31,414 nucleotides of DNA from a virus (lineage: Duplodnaviria; Caudoviricetes), in the IMG/VR virus record IMGVR_UViG_3300037478_000061, positions 1-31,414 of that record. The stretch is one strand, 5' to 3'. The translations under genes and the position numbers were made by a program. The stretch's first letter is position 1. Every line of letters starts with the position of its first letter. Shown here one piece after another: positions 9,850 through 18,269 of this stretch. Below the pieces are notes generated by a model. It worked only from the letters and a program-made list of their open reading frames with translations. It searched no databases and had not been told where the DNA came from.

Positions 9850-9857
9850 GGTTGCCG

Positions 9858-10340
9858 TCATGAAAACACCGAGCCGCCGAATTTCACGGCTTTGTTGGGA
9901 TCATAGAGATTCGACAGGCCCGATACCAAGCCACTGCCGGCCTTAAGGATGCCGCCTGCCATCGCTTGCTTGCCGGAATATTTCGAGATCGCCGCTTGCG
10001 TGGTCAAGCTGTTCTGGCGAAGCTGGGAACCATATTGGATCGCCTTCAAGTCAAGCTGGTTCTGTGCGGCATTGGCGGCGAGGACTTCCGTTGGCGATCC
10101 TGCCACGGCCACGCCGGACGCGCCGACCGCAGCCCGCGCGCTAGCTTGAAGCAAATCTTGTTTTTTCCTTTCTTGTGCAGCCTCGAACGCGCTGCTTTGA
10201 GCCTCAGCCTGTGCCTGCTGTTCATAGGCCTTGGCCTGCATGTTGGCCATTTGCTGCTGCTGCGCTCCAGATGCGAGCGCGCCACCTGCGGAAACAGCAG
10301 TGCCGAGGACTCCGAGGAGAGCGATAGTGCACATTTTCAC
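9858..10340 (-). CDS. Small internal virion protein (T7 gp14-like position)
   Basis: MCT-type N-terminus with a hydrophobic Gly/Ala helix, Gln/Ala coiled coil and GASGVAVAGSP motif; directly after tail tube B. Start is GTG 10340 or ATG 10334. Confidence 0.7.
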   Translation of the reverse strand: MKMCTIALLGVLGTAVSAGGALASGAQQQQMANMQAKAYEQQAQAEAQSSAFEAAQERKKQDLLQASARAAVGASGVAVAGSPTEVLAANAAQNQLDLKAIQYGSQLRQNSLTTQAAISKYSGKQAMAGGILKAGSGLVSGLSNLYDPNKAVKFGGSVFS

Positions 10341-12793
10341 GGCTCTCCATCAAAGGCTGTTGAGATCGCACGGACGGTGCACGGTGTTGGATTGGTGTGC
10401 TTGATGCGAACCCGCCCCTGCCCCTCCCAAGAATCGTCGATCGGCACCGCGACATTGCCAGTGAACAGCGAGGCCATGCCATCGGGCGCCACGATCGAGG
10501 GGATTCGAACTGGCTCCCAGCGGCCACGCTGAAGCGACTGGATTTCAAGGCCTGTCGTGTCGGTCTCCATCAGCGACAGGATGATGCTCGAAACCTTCTT
10601 GCGGCGGCCGACGCGCGAACCGTCCTTGCCGCCGACATCAAGTTCGAGGGTGTCGGCATTCGAGGCGTAGGGAAGTCCCACAGCCCATTTTGCCGCCGTT
10701 TCTCCACCGGGCAGGGAAACGGAACCGCCTGATACGGTAAGGCTCTTGTAGACCTTGCCGTCTGCCAAGGCGTCGACGGTCTCGCCTTCGAGATGATCGA
10801 GGCCTGTGACCGTCCCTGTCGCGGCACCGTCATAGGTGAGGCCGCAATCGACTTCGAATGCATCCTCGATAGACTGGTATTCGAAGGGAACCGTCTTGAT
10901 CTCGATATAGCGACGGGTCACACCGTCGATGGTGCGCTTGACGATAAGCCACAGATCATCGTTGCCGTCCTGCCCCGGCGTCACTGTGGCGCTCTCGACG
11001 ATGGCCCAATCAGATCCGCCGAAGGAACCGGCGATGTCGTGGCGATGCATGCCGCGAACCTCTTGGGAAGGCTGGTGCGTGTAGCCGCCGAGCTCGCCAT
11101 TATCCAACGGGAACCACAACAACGGATCGGGATCGGTCTGGAATGCCAGTTCGACGACGCCCTTCTTAGGAATATGCTCGGAAATCTGCCCGACATCATC
11201 CGAAGTGAAGCGCCCGGTGTTGTTCTGTGTCAGCTCTGCGATCGATTTGCGCGAGCGCGTGACATACAGGAACGACTGACCAGCATCGACGGGGCGGACC
11301 TTTGCACAACCGAACGTCCGCGACCGGCGGTTCTTGAAGGACGAAGGGGTAAGCGCTTCATCAATGCCCGAGCCGGACAGCGCCCGCACCCCGCCAAGTG
11401 TGCCGATCAGCAGCGCGCCATCGGATTCCGCAATCCAGACGATATCATTGGCCTGTCCACCACCTGCCTGGGTGAACTCCATGGCGTCATCGTCTTCCTC
11501 GCCGAGCCCGAAATTGTCGAAATCGCCGGTCACTGAGGCGTAGACGGAAAACTTTCGGCTGAAGGCCAAGCGCTCTTCGTACAGTGAACCGCTCTCGACA
11601 TACTGGCCCGGCACGAATGTCCCGAGCCGCCAGCGGGTGATCGGGCTTAGATCGGGCAGAGCGTGGCCGTAAAGCTGGACGGTGACAACCGTTGTGCTGG
11701 TCCGCGTGACGATCTTGGCCCAACGCCATCGGCCATCCGATCCCAAGAGCCTGATGGCGCGGCCAACGTCTGAAGTCTGAAACCCCGTCCCGTCATTGAT
11801 GCCGACTATCGATGAGGCCGTGAGATTGAACGGTGTCTGGCTCACCGCCGCCTTGTTCATCGTCACTTCGGCGAAACGCGTATTGGCCGACCCATTGACG
11901 CCCAGCCAGCGGAATCGATGATATTCGAACGGCGTCTTGTTGAAAAACTCGTAATAGCGCGTCTCGCCGCCCGTCCATCCGCTTTGCCCCTGCTGGCTGT
12001 CAAGCGCCGTCCATGTGGAGCCGTTGTTCGAACCTTCGATTTTCCACGCAGTGGGCTGTCCGGCAATGCCGGTGGTATCTGTCGCGGTGACATAGTAGGC
12101 ATCGACTACGGCCTGCCCGGCGGCGGGCAGTCGATAACTGATGAAGGCGGCCGAGACGCCATTAACCGCGAAATCTGTACCGACATCCTTATCAAAAATA
12201 TTCCAGGCAGAAGCGTAACCGCCAGTCGATGACACTGTGCCGCTTGGCGATGTCAGGCCCGTCATCAACGGGGTGAGAGAGCCGTAGTCGGCCGGCGTCA
12301 GCGTCGTTGCAGTGTCGTTGATGTCGTCGTATGGCCCATCCTCGAAAGGGTAGTCCTCAAGCGTCCATGTGGTGTGCGCTGTCCTGGTCAGGACTTTGAG
12401 TGGATAATTCTTGTGGCTGATCCACATCTGATCAGCCGACTGCACAAAATCCAACTCGAATAGATCGGCCTCCACATATGGCGTCACCACTTCAACGGTC
12501 CCGACCCGGGCGCCGTAAGCATAGATACGGATGTAGAATTCGCCGACCTCAAGCGCATAGGCCTGCACGGCGCTGAATATGAACTGAACGGCGCGGGTCT
12601 CCTTGGATGAATCCTTGACCTCGCCGACGAAGTATGTCCCGCCGCGCTTGCGGATGCCGCCGTGGGGAAGCGTGATGAAGTTCTCACATTTGGAAAGTGC
12701 CGCCCTGTAGAGATCGAGCGAGGCGCGTGCATGCAGCCGCGGCGAGATTTCACCGCGGGTCAGTGCGTCCTGAATTGGGTAAAGCGTCGGCAT
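10337..12793 (-). CDS. Tail tubular protein B (nozzle) with an inserted discoidin/F5-8-like domain
   Basis: 818 aa; N-terminal GEISPRL..R.....Y......CEN....PHGG..KRGGT.FV and QSAD motifs typical of podovirus nozzle proteins; follows tube A. Confidence 0.85.
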   Translation of the reverse strand: MPTLYPIQDALTRGEISPRLHARASLDLYRAALSKCENFITLPHGGIRKRGGTYFVGEVKDSSKETRAVQFIFSAVQAYALEVGEFYIRIYAYGARVGTVEVVTPYVEADLFELDFVQSADQMWISHKNYPLKVLTRTAHTTWTLEDYPFEDGPYDDINDTATTLTPADYGSLTPLMTGLTSPSGTVSSTGGYASAWNIFDKDVGTDFAVNGVSAAFISYRLPAAGQAVVDAYYVTATDTTGIAGQPTAWKIEGSNNGSTWTALDSQQGQSGWTGGETRYYEFFNKTPFEYHRFRWLGVNGSANTRFAEVTMNKAAVSQTPFNLTASSIVGINDGTGFQTSDVGRAIRLLGSDGRWRWAKIVTRTSTTVVTVQLYGHALPDLSPITRWRLGTFVPGQYVESGSLYEERLAFSRKFSVYASVTGDFDNFGLGEEDDDAMEFTQAGGGQANDIVWIAESDGALLIGTLGGVRALSGSGIDEALTPSSFKNRRSRTFGCAKVRPVDAGQSFLYVTRSRKSIAELTQNNTGRFTSDDVGQISEHIPKKGVVELAFQTDPDPLLWFPLDNGELGGYTHQPSQEVRGMHRHDIAGSFGGSDWAIVESATVTPGQDGNDDLWLIVKRTIDGVTRRYIEIKTVPFEYQSIEDAFEVDCGLTYDGAATGTVTGLDHLEGETVDALADGKVYKSLTVSGGSVSLPGGETAAKWAVGLPYASNADTLELDVGGKDGSRVGRRKKVSSIILSLMETDTTGLEIQSLQRGRWEPVRIPSIVAPDGMASLFTGNVAVPIDDSWEGQGRVRIKHTNPTPCTVRAISTAFDGEP

Positions 12794-13393
12794 CTATGCG
12801 CGCCACCGGTTGTCGCCGCGCTGGACGGCCCATGTGGACGTGTTCAGCCTGCCGCCGCGCTGGATGGCCTGTGCGGTATGCGCAGCATCAATCGCAGTGG
12901 CATAGGCGTTCTTGGCCACGTCGATCATGCCGGTCTTGTGGGTCAGTGGATGCGCGATCTTGACGGCAAGTGCTGAAACAAGCACATCGGTGAACAGCGC
13001 GTCCCAGTCGTTCGGATCGGTGAGGTTGGCGATATAGCGGATGATCCGGGGGCTCGACTGGTCCGAGTAGATCAATCCGGCCTCTTGCCGCCATGAGATA
13101 GGAACGCCGTCGGGCTCGCCGTTATAGGTAAGCGGCAAGGGGCGAAGGCAGTCGGGCGGCAGTTCATAGACCCAGTTCAGCGTGTTGTCGCCCGATTCAG
13201 TATCGGTTCCGATCACGGACGCCGACAGGATCGAAAACACCCACGCATATTTGGTCAGTTCGGCCTCTCGCGTCACGTCCATGTGCAGATTGAGCAGGCG
13301 CGCCACCTTGATGTCCTGATCGAGACTGTCGATCGGGGCCTCGTCCAGAATGGCGATGCTCATGTTCGCGATGTCGAGGGGCGTGATCGCCAT
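12794..13393 (-). CDS. Tail tubular protein A (adaptor/gatekeeper)
   Basis: 199 aa; LDIANMSI..L, W.F, YELPPDCLR and DALFTDVL...LA..IA motifs. Confidence 0.85.
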   Translation of the reverse strand: MAITPLDIANMSIAILDEAPIDSLDQDIKVARLLNLHMDVTREAELTKYAWVFSILSASVIGTDTESGDNTLNWVYELPPDCLRPLPLTYNGEPDGVPISWRQEAGLIYSDQSSPRIIRYIANLTDPNDWDALFTDVLVSALAVKIAHPLTHKTGMIDVAKNAYATAIDAAHTAQAIQRGGRLNTSTWAVQRGDNRWRA

Positions 13394-13397
13394 GATG

Positions 13398-13565
13398 TCA
13401 GGCCTTCGCGGTCACGGTCAGATAGTGCGGCTTGCGGCGCGGGCGGCCATGCCCGTCGAACACGGTGACGCCGGGGTTTGGCGCCAAGCGCTCCGCATGT
13501 TCACGATACTGCCGACGGACAATTTCCTTGCGCGTCTCGGCAGGCTTGCGTCTGGTTTTGATCAT
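13398..13565 (-). CDS. Small basic hypothetical protein (55 aa, MIKTRRKPAETRKE...), not in the ORF track
   Basis: Open frame exactly filling the capsid-to-tube A gap, with a GAGG RBS. Confidence 0.6.
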   Translation of the reverse strand: MIKTRRKPAETRKEIVRRQYREHAERLAPNPGVTVFDGHGRPRRKPHYLTVTAKA

Positions 13566-13580
13566 TGTCGAACCTCAATG

Positions 13581-13607
13581 GAAAAGGCGGGGACCGGAGC
13601 CCCCGCC
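13581..13607 (-). terminator. Intrinsic terminator/attenuator after the major capsid gene
   Basis: GGCGGGG-loop-CCCCGCC followed by TTTT; the short U tract is consistent with partial read-through. Confidence 0.75.
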
Positions 13608-13617
13608 GTGCCTACGA

Positions 13618-14607
13618 TCAGACTTCGGTAGTACGGATGGCAATGAACGTCATGTTCTTGACGCTCGATGCCGTGCGGTCCCAGTTTGCCGCCAGTGCGA
13701 ACTCTGCATCGGTGGCGAACTCGCCGGCAACAGACGCGTCGAGCCAGCGGGTGCCGGGGACGTGCGGAACGAAGTGGCGACGTGCCACCATTTCCGTGAT
13801 GCCGCCGCCGTGGCCAAGCTTCGGCTTGCGATCGAACTCGACAGGCCCGCCTTCCGTGTTGACCGGAAGTTCGTTCCACATGATCGCATTCGGCTTGAAC
13901 ATGAACGCCGTATACTCGTTGGTCGACACCGGGATATCGTCATCGACGACGACGCGCAGACCCATGTAGTACGGGATCAGCATGCCGCCCTGCTGGGACG
14001 AAGGAATGAAGTCGATCAGATCGAGCTTCTTCAGTGCCTTCATCTGCCGGGAGTGCATCCACCAGGTCCGGAACTTGTCGGCCTGGTCGCCCATCAGGTA
14101 CGCGGCATCGATCGCGTCCGTCTCGGTGATGGATGCATTCGTGTCGAGGACAAGATCGCTGGAGTCGTTGGCGATGTTGTCGGCGATCACGCCCTGAAGC
14201 ATGTTGATCAGGGTGAGCTTGTGCGCACGCTGCCAGTAGTCGGTCTGGCGGCGAACGACGACCTTCTGCGGATCATCGCCGGCCAGGACCGCAGTCAGGT
14301 CAGCGAAGCCCCACGCCTGGGCGCGGATGTTGCGGGCCGCGACTTCACGGCGCGAACCGATCTTCTTGGTCTCGATCGAATCCGTCTCATCATCGTTGAT
14401 GGGCTCGGACGGATCGTTGCCGAGATCCTTCCAGCCGGGCATGTCGACGGAACGCCCGCCCATGCTCAGCTTTGCGGTGATCATCGGATCGTTGAAGAGA
14501 ATGCCGGCCTGGAAGATTTCCAGGGACTGCACGTGCTCCTCGAACGAGTACTGCGCGAAGACGGACGGGATGATCGCGTCCGTGAGTTTGGTGTAGGCGT
14601 CTGCCAT
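13618..14607 (-). CDS. Major capsid protein
   Basis: 329 aa; TKLTDAIIPSVF..Y, MPGWKDL, R.QAWGFADL..VLAGDDP and YMGLRVVVDDDIP motifs; AAGGA RBS; follows the scaffold gene. Confidence 0.9.
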   Translation of the reverse strand: MADAYTKLTDAIIPSVFAQYSFEEHVQSLEIFQAGILFNDPMITAKLSMGGRSVDMPGWKDLGNDPSEPINDDETDSIETKKIGSRREVAARNIRAQAWGFADLTAVLAGDDPQKVVVRRQTDYWQRAHKLTLINMLQGVIADNIANDSSDLVLDTNASITETDAIDAAYLMGDQADKFRTWWMHSRQMKALKKLDLIDFIPSSQQGGMLIPYYMGLRVVVDDDIPVSTNEYTAFMFKPNAIMWNELPVNTEGGPVEFDRKPKLGHGGGITEMVARRHFVPHVPGTRWLDASVAGEFATDAEFALAANWDRTASSVKNMTFIAIRTTEV

Positions 14608-14648
14608 TGTCGTGGTCTTTCCTTAAAAGTGCGAAGCGCCGATCCCGG

Positions 14649-15551
14649 CTAGCGGGGGTTGTTCGGGAACCAGGTATCGGGGTTTTCGCCCGCCTCTCGG
14701 GCCATTCGCTTCGCGCGTTCAGGGTCGCTCTTGTAGAGGGCTGAAATCGCCGCAGGACTTTTGATTTTGCCATCCGGACCGCGCTTGAACGGGTTTTCCC
14801 CGCTTGGCACGCCATCGGCTCCGATCGTGTCCTCCTTGAACATCGCCTCGCCGATCGCATGGAACGCTTTCGCGATCTGCGGATCGGTCAGACTGCCGTC
14901 GGCCAGGAGAATGCCCTTGGCCTTATAGGCATCGACAAGCCCGAGTTTCTTCATCGCCCGATCGGCAACGGTCAGCTTCTCCTTGAAGCCGTCGCTGTCT
15001 TTCGGTCCCCAGTCCTTCACGAGCTCGTCGTGGGTCGTTTCGACTGAAGCGGCGATAGCGGCCTGTTGAGCCGTTGCCATTTCAGCCATGTGACCCGCGA
15101 ACTTGTCGTGCATGGCCTGCGACTGCTTTGAAGTCAGTCCGGCCTCGACCATCCAGGCTTTGGAGGTATCGGCCAGCCCTTCATCGTAGGGCAGTGCTTC
15201 GGGAAGCCCTTCCGGGCGCTTGAACTCGATCTTGTCAGGCGATGCGACCGGGCGCATGTCCTCGGGAAGCTTGGAATGGAACTTCTCCCATTCTTCCTTC
15301 GGTGCGTCCGGTGCGGGAACCGTCAGGGAAGTGCCGAGCCTTTGTTCAAGGCTGAGCGCCGCCGAGACGACATCTTCGTGCGATTTGTAGCCCTTGGTAT
15401 CGACCCATTTCCGGGCGCCTTCGGAAAGACCGGAAAACGGATTTGCTTCGGTTGCAGCAGCGGACCCGTTGTCTGCTACTACCGCTGGCGTTTCAGGGGC
15501 GCCCGCCGGAGGTGTTTCCACCACCACGGACCCTTCGGCCAAATCTGTCAT
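14649..15551 (-). CDS. Capsid scaffolding protein
   Basis: 300 aa, acidic, Pro/Ala-rich N-terminus; P.DA..EEW.KF..KL, GLT.KQ and L.KDWG motifs; immediately before the capsid gene. Confidence 0.8.
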   Translation of the reverse strand: MTDLAEGSVVVETPPAGAPETPAVVADNGSAAATEANPFSGLSEGARKWVDTKGYKSHEDVVSAALSLEQRLGTSLTVPAPDAPKEEWEKFHSKLPEDMRPVASPDKIEFKRPEGLPEALPYDEGLADTSKAWMVEAGLTSKQSQAMHDKFAGHMAEMATAQQAAIAASVETTHDELVKDWGPKDSDGFKEKLTVADRAMKKLGLVDAYKAKGILLADGSLTDPQIAKAFHAIGEAMFKEDTIGADGVPSGENPFKRGPDGKIKSPAAISALYKSDPERAKRMAREAGENPDTWFPNNPR

Positions 15552-15595
15552 GAGAGAATGTTCCTTTGTTTAGAGCGGCTTACCCAGCCGCAGGG

Positions 15596-16168
15596 TTACG
15601 CGTTGTCTCCCCACAGTTCGTACAGGACGGTAATCGTGCCGCTGACGGCGAGCGTGCCATCAGCATCGATTTCCGTGATCGTCGGAAAGCCGATGTTGAG
15701 GAAGATGTCGATTGCCGTTGTCGTGCCGTCATGCGTGGCAGCGGCGGCGACATCGGCAGTCGAAGCGGTGGTGTAGGCAGCAACGGCGCCGTCAAGCGTC
15801 TTGTCGACCTTGGCGATGACATCGACCATGGTCGAGGCCAGTGTGATCGACGAAGCAGCAACGGTGCCGACAGACCAATCCATCGCGGCATTGTCGTTGA
15901 TGGTGCTGGCGCGGGCGGTGAGAACGGCAAAGGCTAGACTGGCCGTGCCGCCCTTGATGCGCACCTTGCCGTCGGCGAAGTCGAACAGCTTCTGGCTTGC
16001 ATAGGCCAGCGCGTCAGTGACGGTGATCTGCATCGCCGACAGGGTAAGGACGGTTTTGTATGAGCCGCCCTGCCCGGTTGTGACGGCTTTCAGGCCGGCC
16101 TTTGCGGGAGCGCTGCCTGCTTCTCGTGCCGCAGCGCGAGCGAGAGTGCGTGGAAGTCCACGTGCCAT
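15596..16168 (-). CDS. Putative structural/head-associated protein
   Basis: 190 aa, Ala/Thr-rich and beta-rich; inside the head module; GAAGGA RBS. Confidence 0.6.
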   Translation of the reverse strand: MARGLPRTLARAAAREAGSAPAKAGLKAVTTGQGGSYKTVLTLSAMQITVTDALAYASQKLFDFADGKVRIKGGTASLAFAVLTARASTINDNAAMDWSVGTVAASSITLASTMVDVIAKVDKTLDGAVAAYTTASTADVAAAATHDGTTTAIDIFLNIGFPTITEIDADGTLAVSGTITVLYELWGDNA

Positions 16169-16227
16169 GATCGTATTCCTTCATTCTTGGGAGGGATTGT
16201 CCGGCTGGCCGCGCCGTGCGGTAGAAC

Positions 16228-16554
16228 CTATGAGCGCGCTTCCAGCCTTGCGGCCTTTTCGAGCGCGACCAACGCATCATCGTCCAGCGTCAGAAAGCCC
16301 ATGACGTGCTGCAAAACTTCGGCCCGAGCGTTGGAAAGAGCGCTGTGCAGCTCGAAGCCATGCGGTGTTTTGGTCCGCGCCATCCATTCGGCATAGGACG
16401 GGCGGCGATAGTATCCTGTCACGTTGGCGAGATCGGCGAGGATCATTTCGCCGTCAACGCCGGAGAACACCCTGAGATAGGCTTTCGTCAGCGCGTCCTG
16501 TGCCTTGGCTGGGCCTCCGGCCTGAGATGCGCGGGCGAACGGCTTGCGCTTCAT
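16228..16554 (-). CDS. Conserved post-portal protein (Bbp19-like)
   Basis: 108 aa with AY.RVF...DGEMILADL motif; coupled to the portal stop (ATGA). Confidence 0.7.
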   Translation of the reverse strand: MKRKPFARASQAGGPAKAQDALTKAYLRVFSGVDGEMILADLANVTGYYRRPSYAEWMARTKTPHGFELHSALSNARAEVLQHVMGFLTLDDDALVALEKAARLEARS

Positions 16555-18266
16555 TGCGGCATCATCTGTTGCATGCCGTCCAGCAAGCCGCTGTCACGCG
16601 CCTCAACTGCGGCGGGGACAGCATCCTTGGCCGTCTTGCCGGCCGCTGCGATTGCAGCCATACCGGCCTGTGCCTGTGCGGCCTGTGCGCGGGCTTCGCG
16701 CTTGGCAAGCACCTCGTCCTGGCTACGAAGAAGGCGCTGCGGCGCGCGGCTGGCCTCCTTCTTGATCCTGATATATTCGTCGCCGTCGATGTTATCCAGG
16801 ATGTCGGGATCTTGCGCCGCACCCGCATATTGAACGGCGGCCATCACCACGGTATCGGCATCACGGCTTTCAGCGGCCCTGCGCAGGATATCCAGAGGCC
16901 CGGTGAAGGTCGGGCGCACGGTCTTGCCCGCAAGCGACGGAGGCGGCAGGAAGCGGCTGTCAGCCTCGTACAGGCCCTTAGCTTCTAGGATCGACAGTTC
17001 CCTATCTAGATTGGACGCGAACCCAGCCTGGATGATGGAACCAGACGGCCCGAGCAATGCACCTTTCTCCTCTTGACGGATCAGCGCCTCGGTCGCGGTC
17101 ATCTGTGGATTTTGCACCAGCGTTTGAAAGAGGTTCACGAACATCATGTCCCTGATCTCTTCGGCGCGGCCGGCGGCGTAATCAAAGGCATAGGTCGGGT
17201 TCTGCCCGGTGTTGATCGGCTGGATCATCGGCCGACCATTTTCGTCGATCAGGCCGGGATAGTTCTCGCCCGGATTGAGCACCGGCACATAATCCAGATT
17301 TGCCTTGCTGGCGGTCGAAGGATCGGTGATCTGCTGCAATGCACGAAGCCCAGAACGACGCACCGCATTGATCTCGCGAACCGTCGTCAGAGCCTCGATC
17401 GTCGGGGAAATGCCGTAGGTATCGCCCTCATAGCGGCGCCAGTTGAAGCAGGACACCGGGAAAGTGCGGAACCCGCTCTCCTTGACGATCTCGGCCTCTT
17501 CCTCGATCACATGGTATGAGACGAATTCGGTATCGAGGTAATCCGTGGTGCCGCCGATATTGTACATCTTGCGCTCATCGCGCGGCTTGATGCACTGGAT
17601 CAGGCAGATTTTCTCCTCGCTCTTGGCCGGATCGTCGACCAGCATTTTGATCTTGGCCGGCAGCTTGTCGTAGCCGAACAGTTGTGCAGCCTGACGCGCG
17701 GTGCGCTCGTACTTGCGGTGGAAGGTATCGGCGACGCCCCAGCGGTTGCGGCCAAGATATCCTTCGACCACTGGGATGGAAGCGTAGTGAACCAGCGTGC
17801 CGCCAAAACCCTCCTCGGCGTAGAGATAGGCCGGCCCATACCGGACCACGTTCCTGAGACAGGCTTGCGTGGCGGGGACAAAGTTGGAGTTGGCCGAATA
17901 GCGCAGCGAGAACAGGAAATCCCGCAGACCCTCGGCCCATTCCTTCTCCTCGTCGGTTTCCTCGTCGTTCATGGCCGCCGTCGAAAGACCGTGCCATTTC
18001 TCTGATTGAGGGATGATCAGGCTTTCCAGACCGGCAGCGAGGCGGTTGGCAGCGCTGTTGATGGTGTTGTCGTAGACCCTGGATCCTCGACGCTCGGAAC
18101 GCTCCGGCTGCGATGAGCGCCCGAACGAACCACGATTTCGGAACTGATCCGGCGCATCGGGATCGCAGAACTCAGCTACCGCTTCCCATACGCCCTCATA
18201 GTCCGAGCGCTCTGTCTCGAACTCGGTCTGGCGCATCAGCACGTCGAGGGCGCGGGAATCAGCCAT
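16551..18266 (-). CDS. Portal (head-to-tail connector) protein
   Basis: 571 aa; YDNT...AANRLAAGL.S..IP....W, W....G..YG.SP and MTATEA..R.EEK..LLGP motifs of T7-like/BPP-1-like portals. Confidence 0.92.
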   Translation of the reverse strand: MADSRALDVLMRQTEFETERSDYEGVWEAVAEFCDPDAPDQFRNRGSFGRSSQPERSERRGSRVYDNTINSAANRLAAGLESLIIPQSEKWHGLSTAAMNDEETDEEKEWAEGLRDFLFSLRYSANSNFVPATQACLRNVVRYGPAYLYAEEGFGGTLVHYASIPVVEGYLGRNRWGVADTFHRKYERTARQAAQLFGYDKLPAKIKMLVDDPAKSEEKICLIQCIKPRDERKMYNIGGTTDYLDTEFVSYHVIEEEAEIVKESGFRTFPVSCFNWRRYEGDTYGISPTIEALTTVREINAVRRSGLRALQQITDPSTASKANLDYVPVLNPGENYPGLIDENGRPMIQPINTGQNPTYAFDYAAGRAEEIRDMMFVNLFQTLVQNPQMTATEALIRQEEKGALLGPSGSIIQAGFASNLDRELSILEAKGLYEADSRFLPPPSLAGKTVRPTFTGPLDILRRAAESRDADTVVMAAVQYAGAAQDPDILDNIDGDEYIRIKKEASRAPQRLLRSQDEVLAKREARAQAAQAQAGMAAIAAAGKTAKDAVPAAVEARDSGLLDGMQQMMPQ

Positions 18267-18269
18267 TAT

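Noticed and set aside
9160-9861. 233-aa minus-strand ORF spanning the HNH cassette
   Set aside because: The plus-strand frame has clear HNH, Zn-finger and HTH motifs and an RBS; this frame has no recognisable features, although it does start at an ATGA overlap.
2650-18005. Many long plus-strand ORFs opposite the structural genes (e.g. 6491-7993, 8129-9505, 13432-14652)
   Set aside because: Antisense shadow frames expected from GC-rich codon bias; no motifs or RBS, and they overlap well-supported minus-strand genes.
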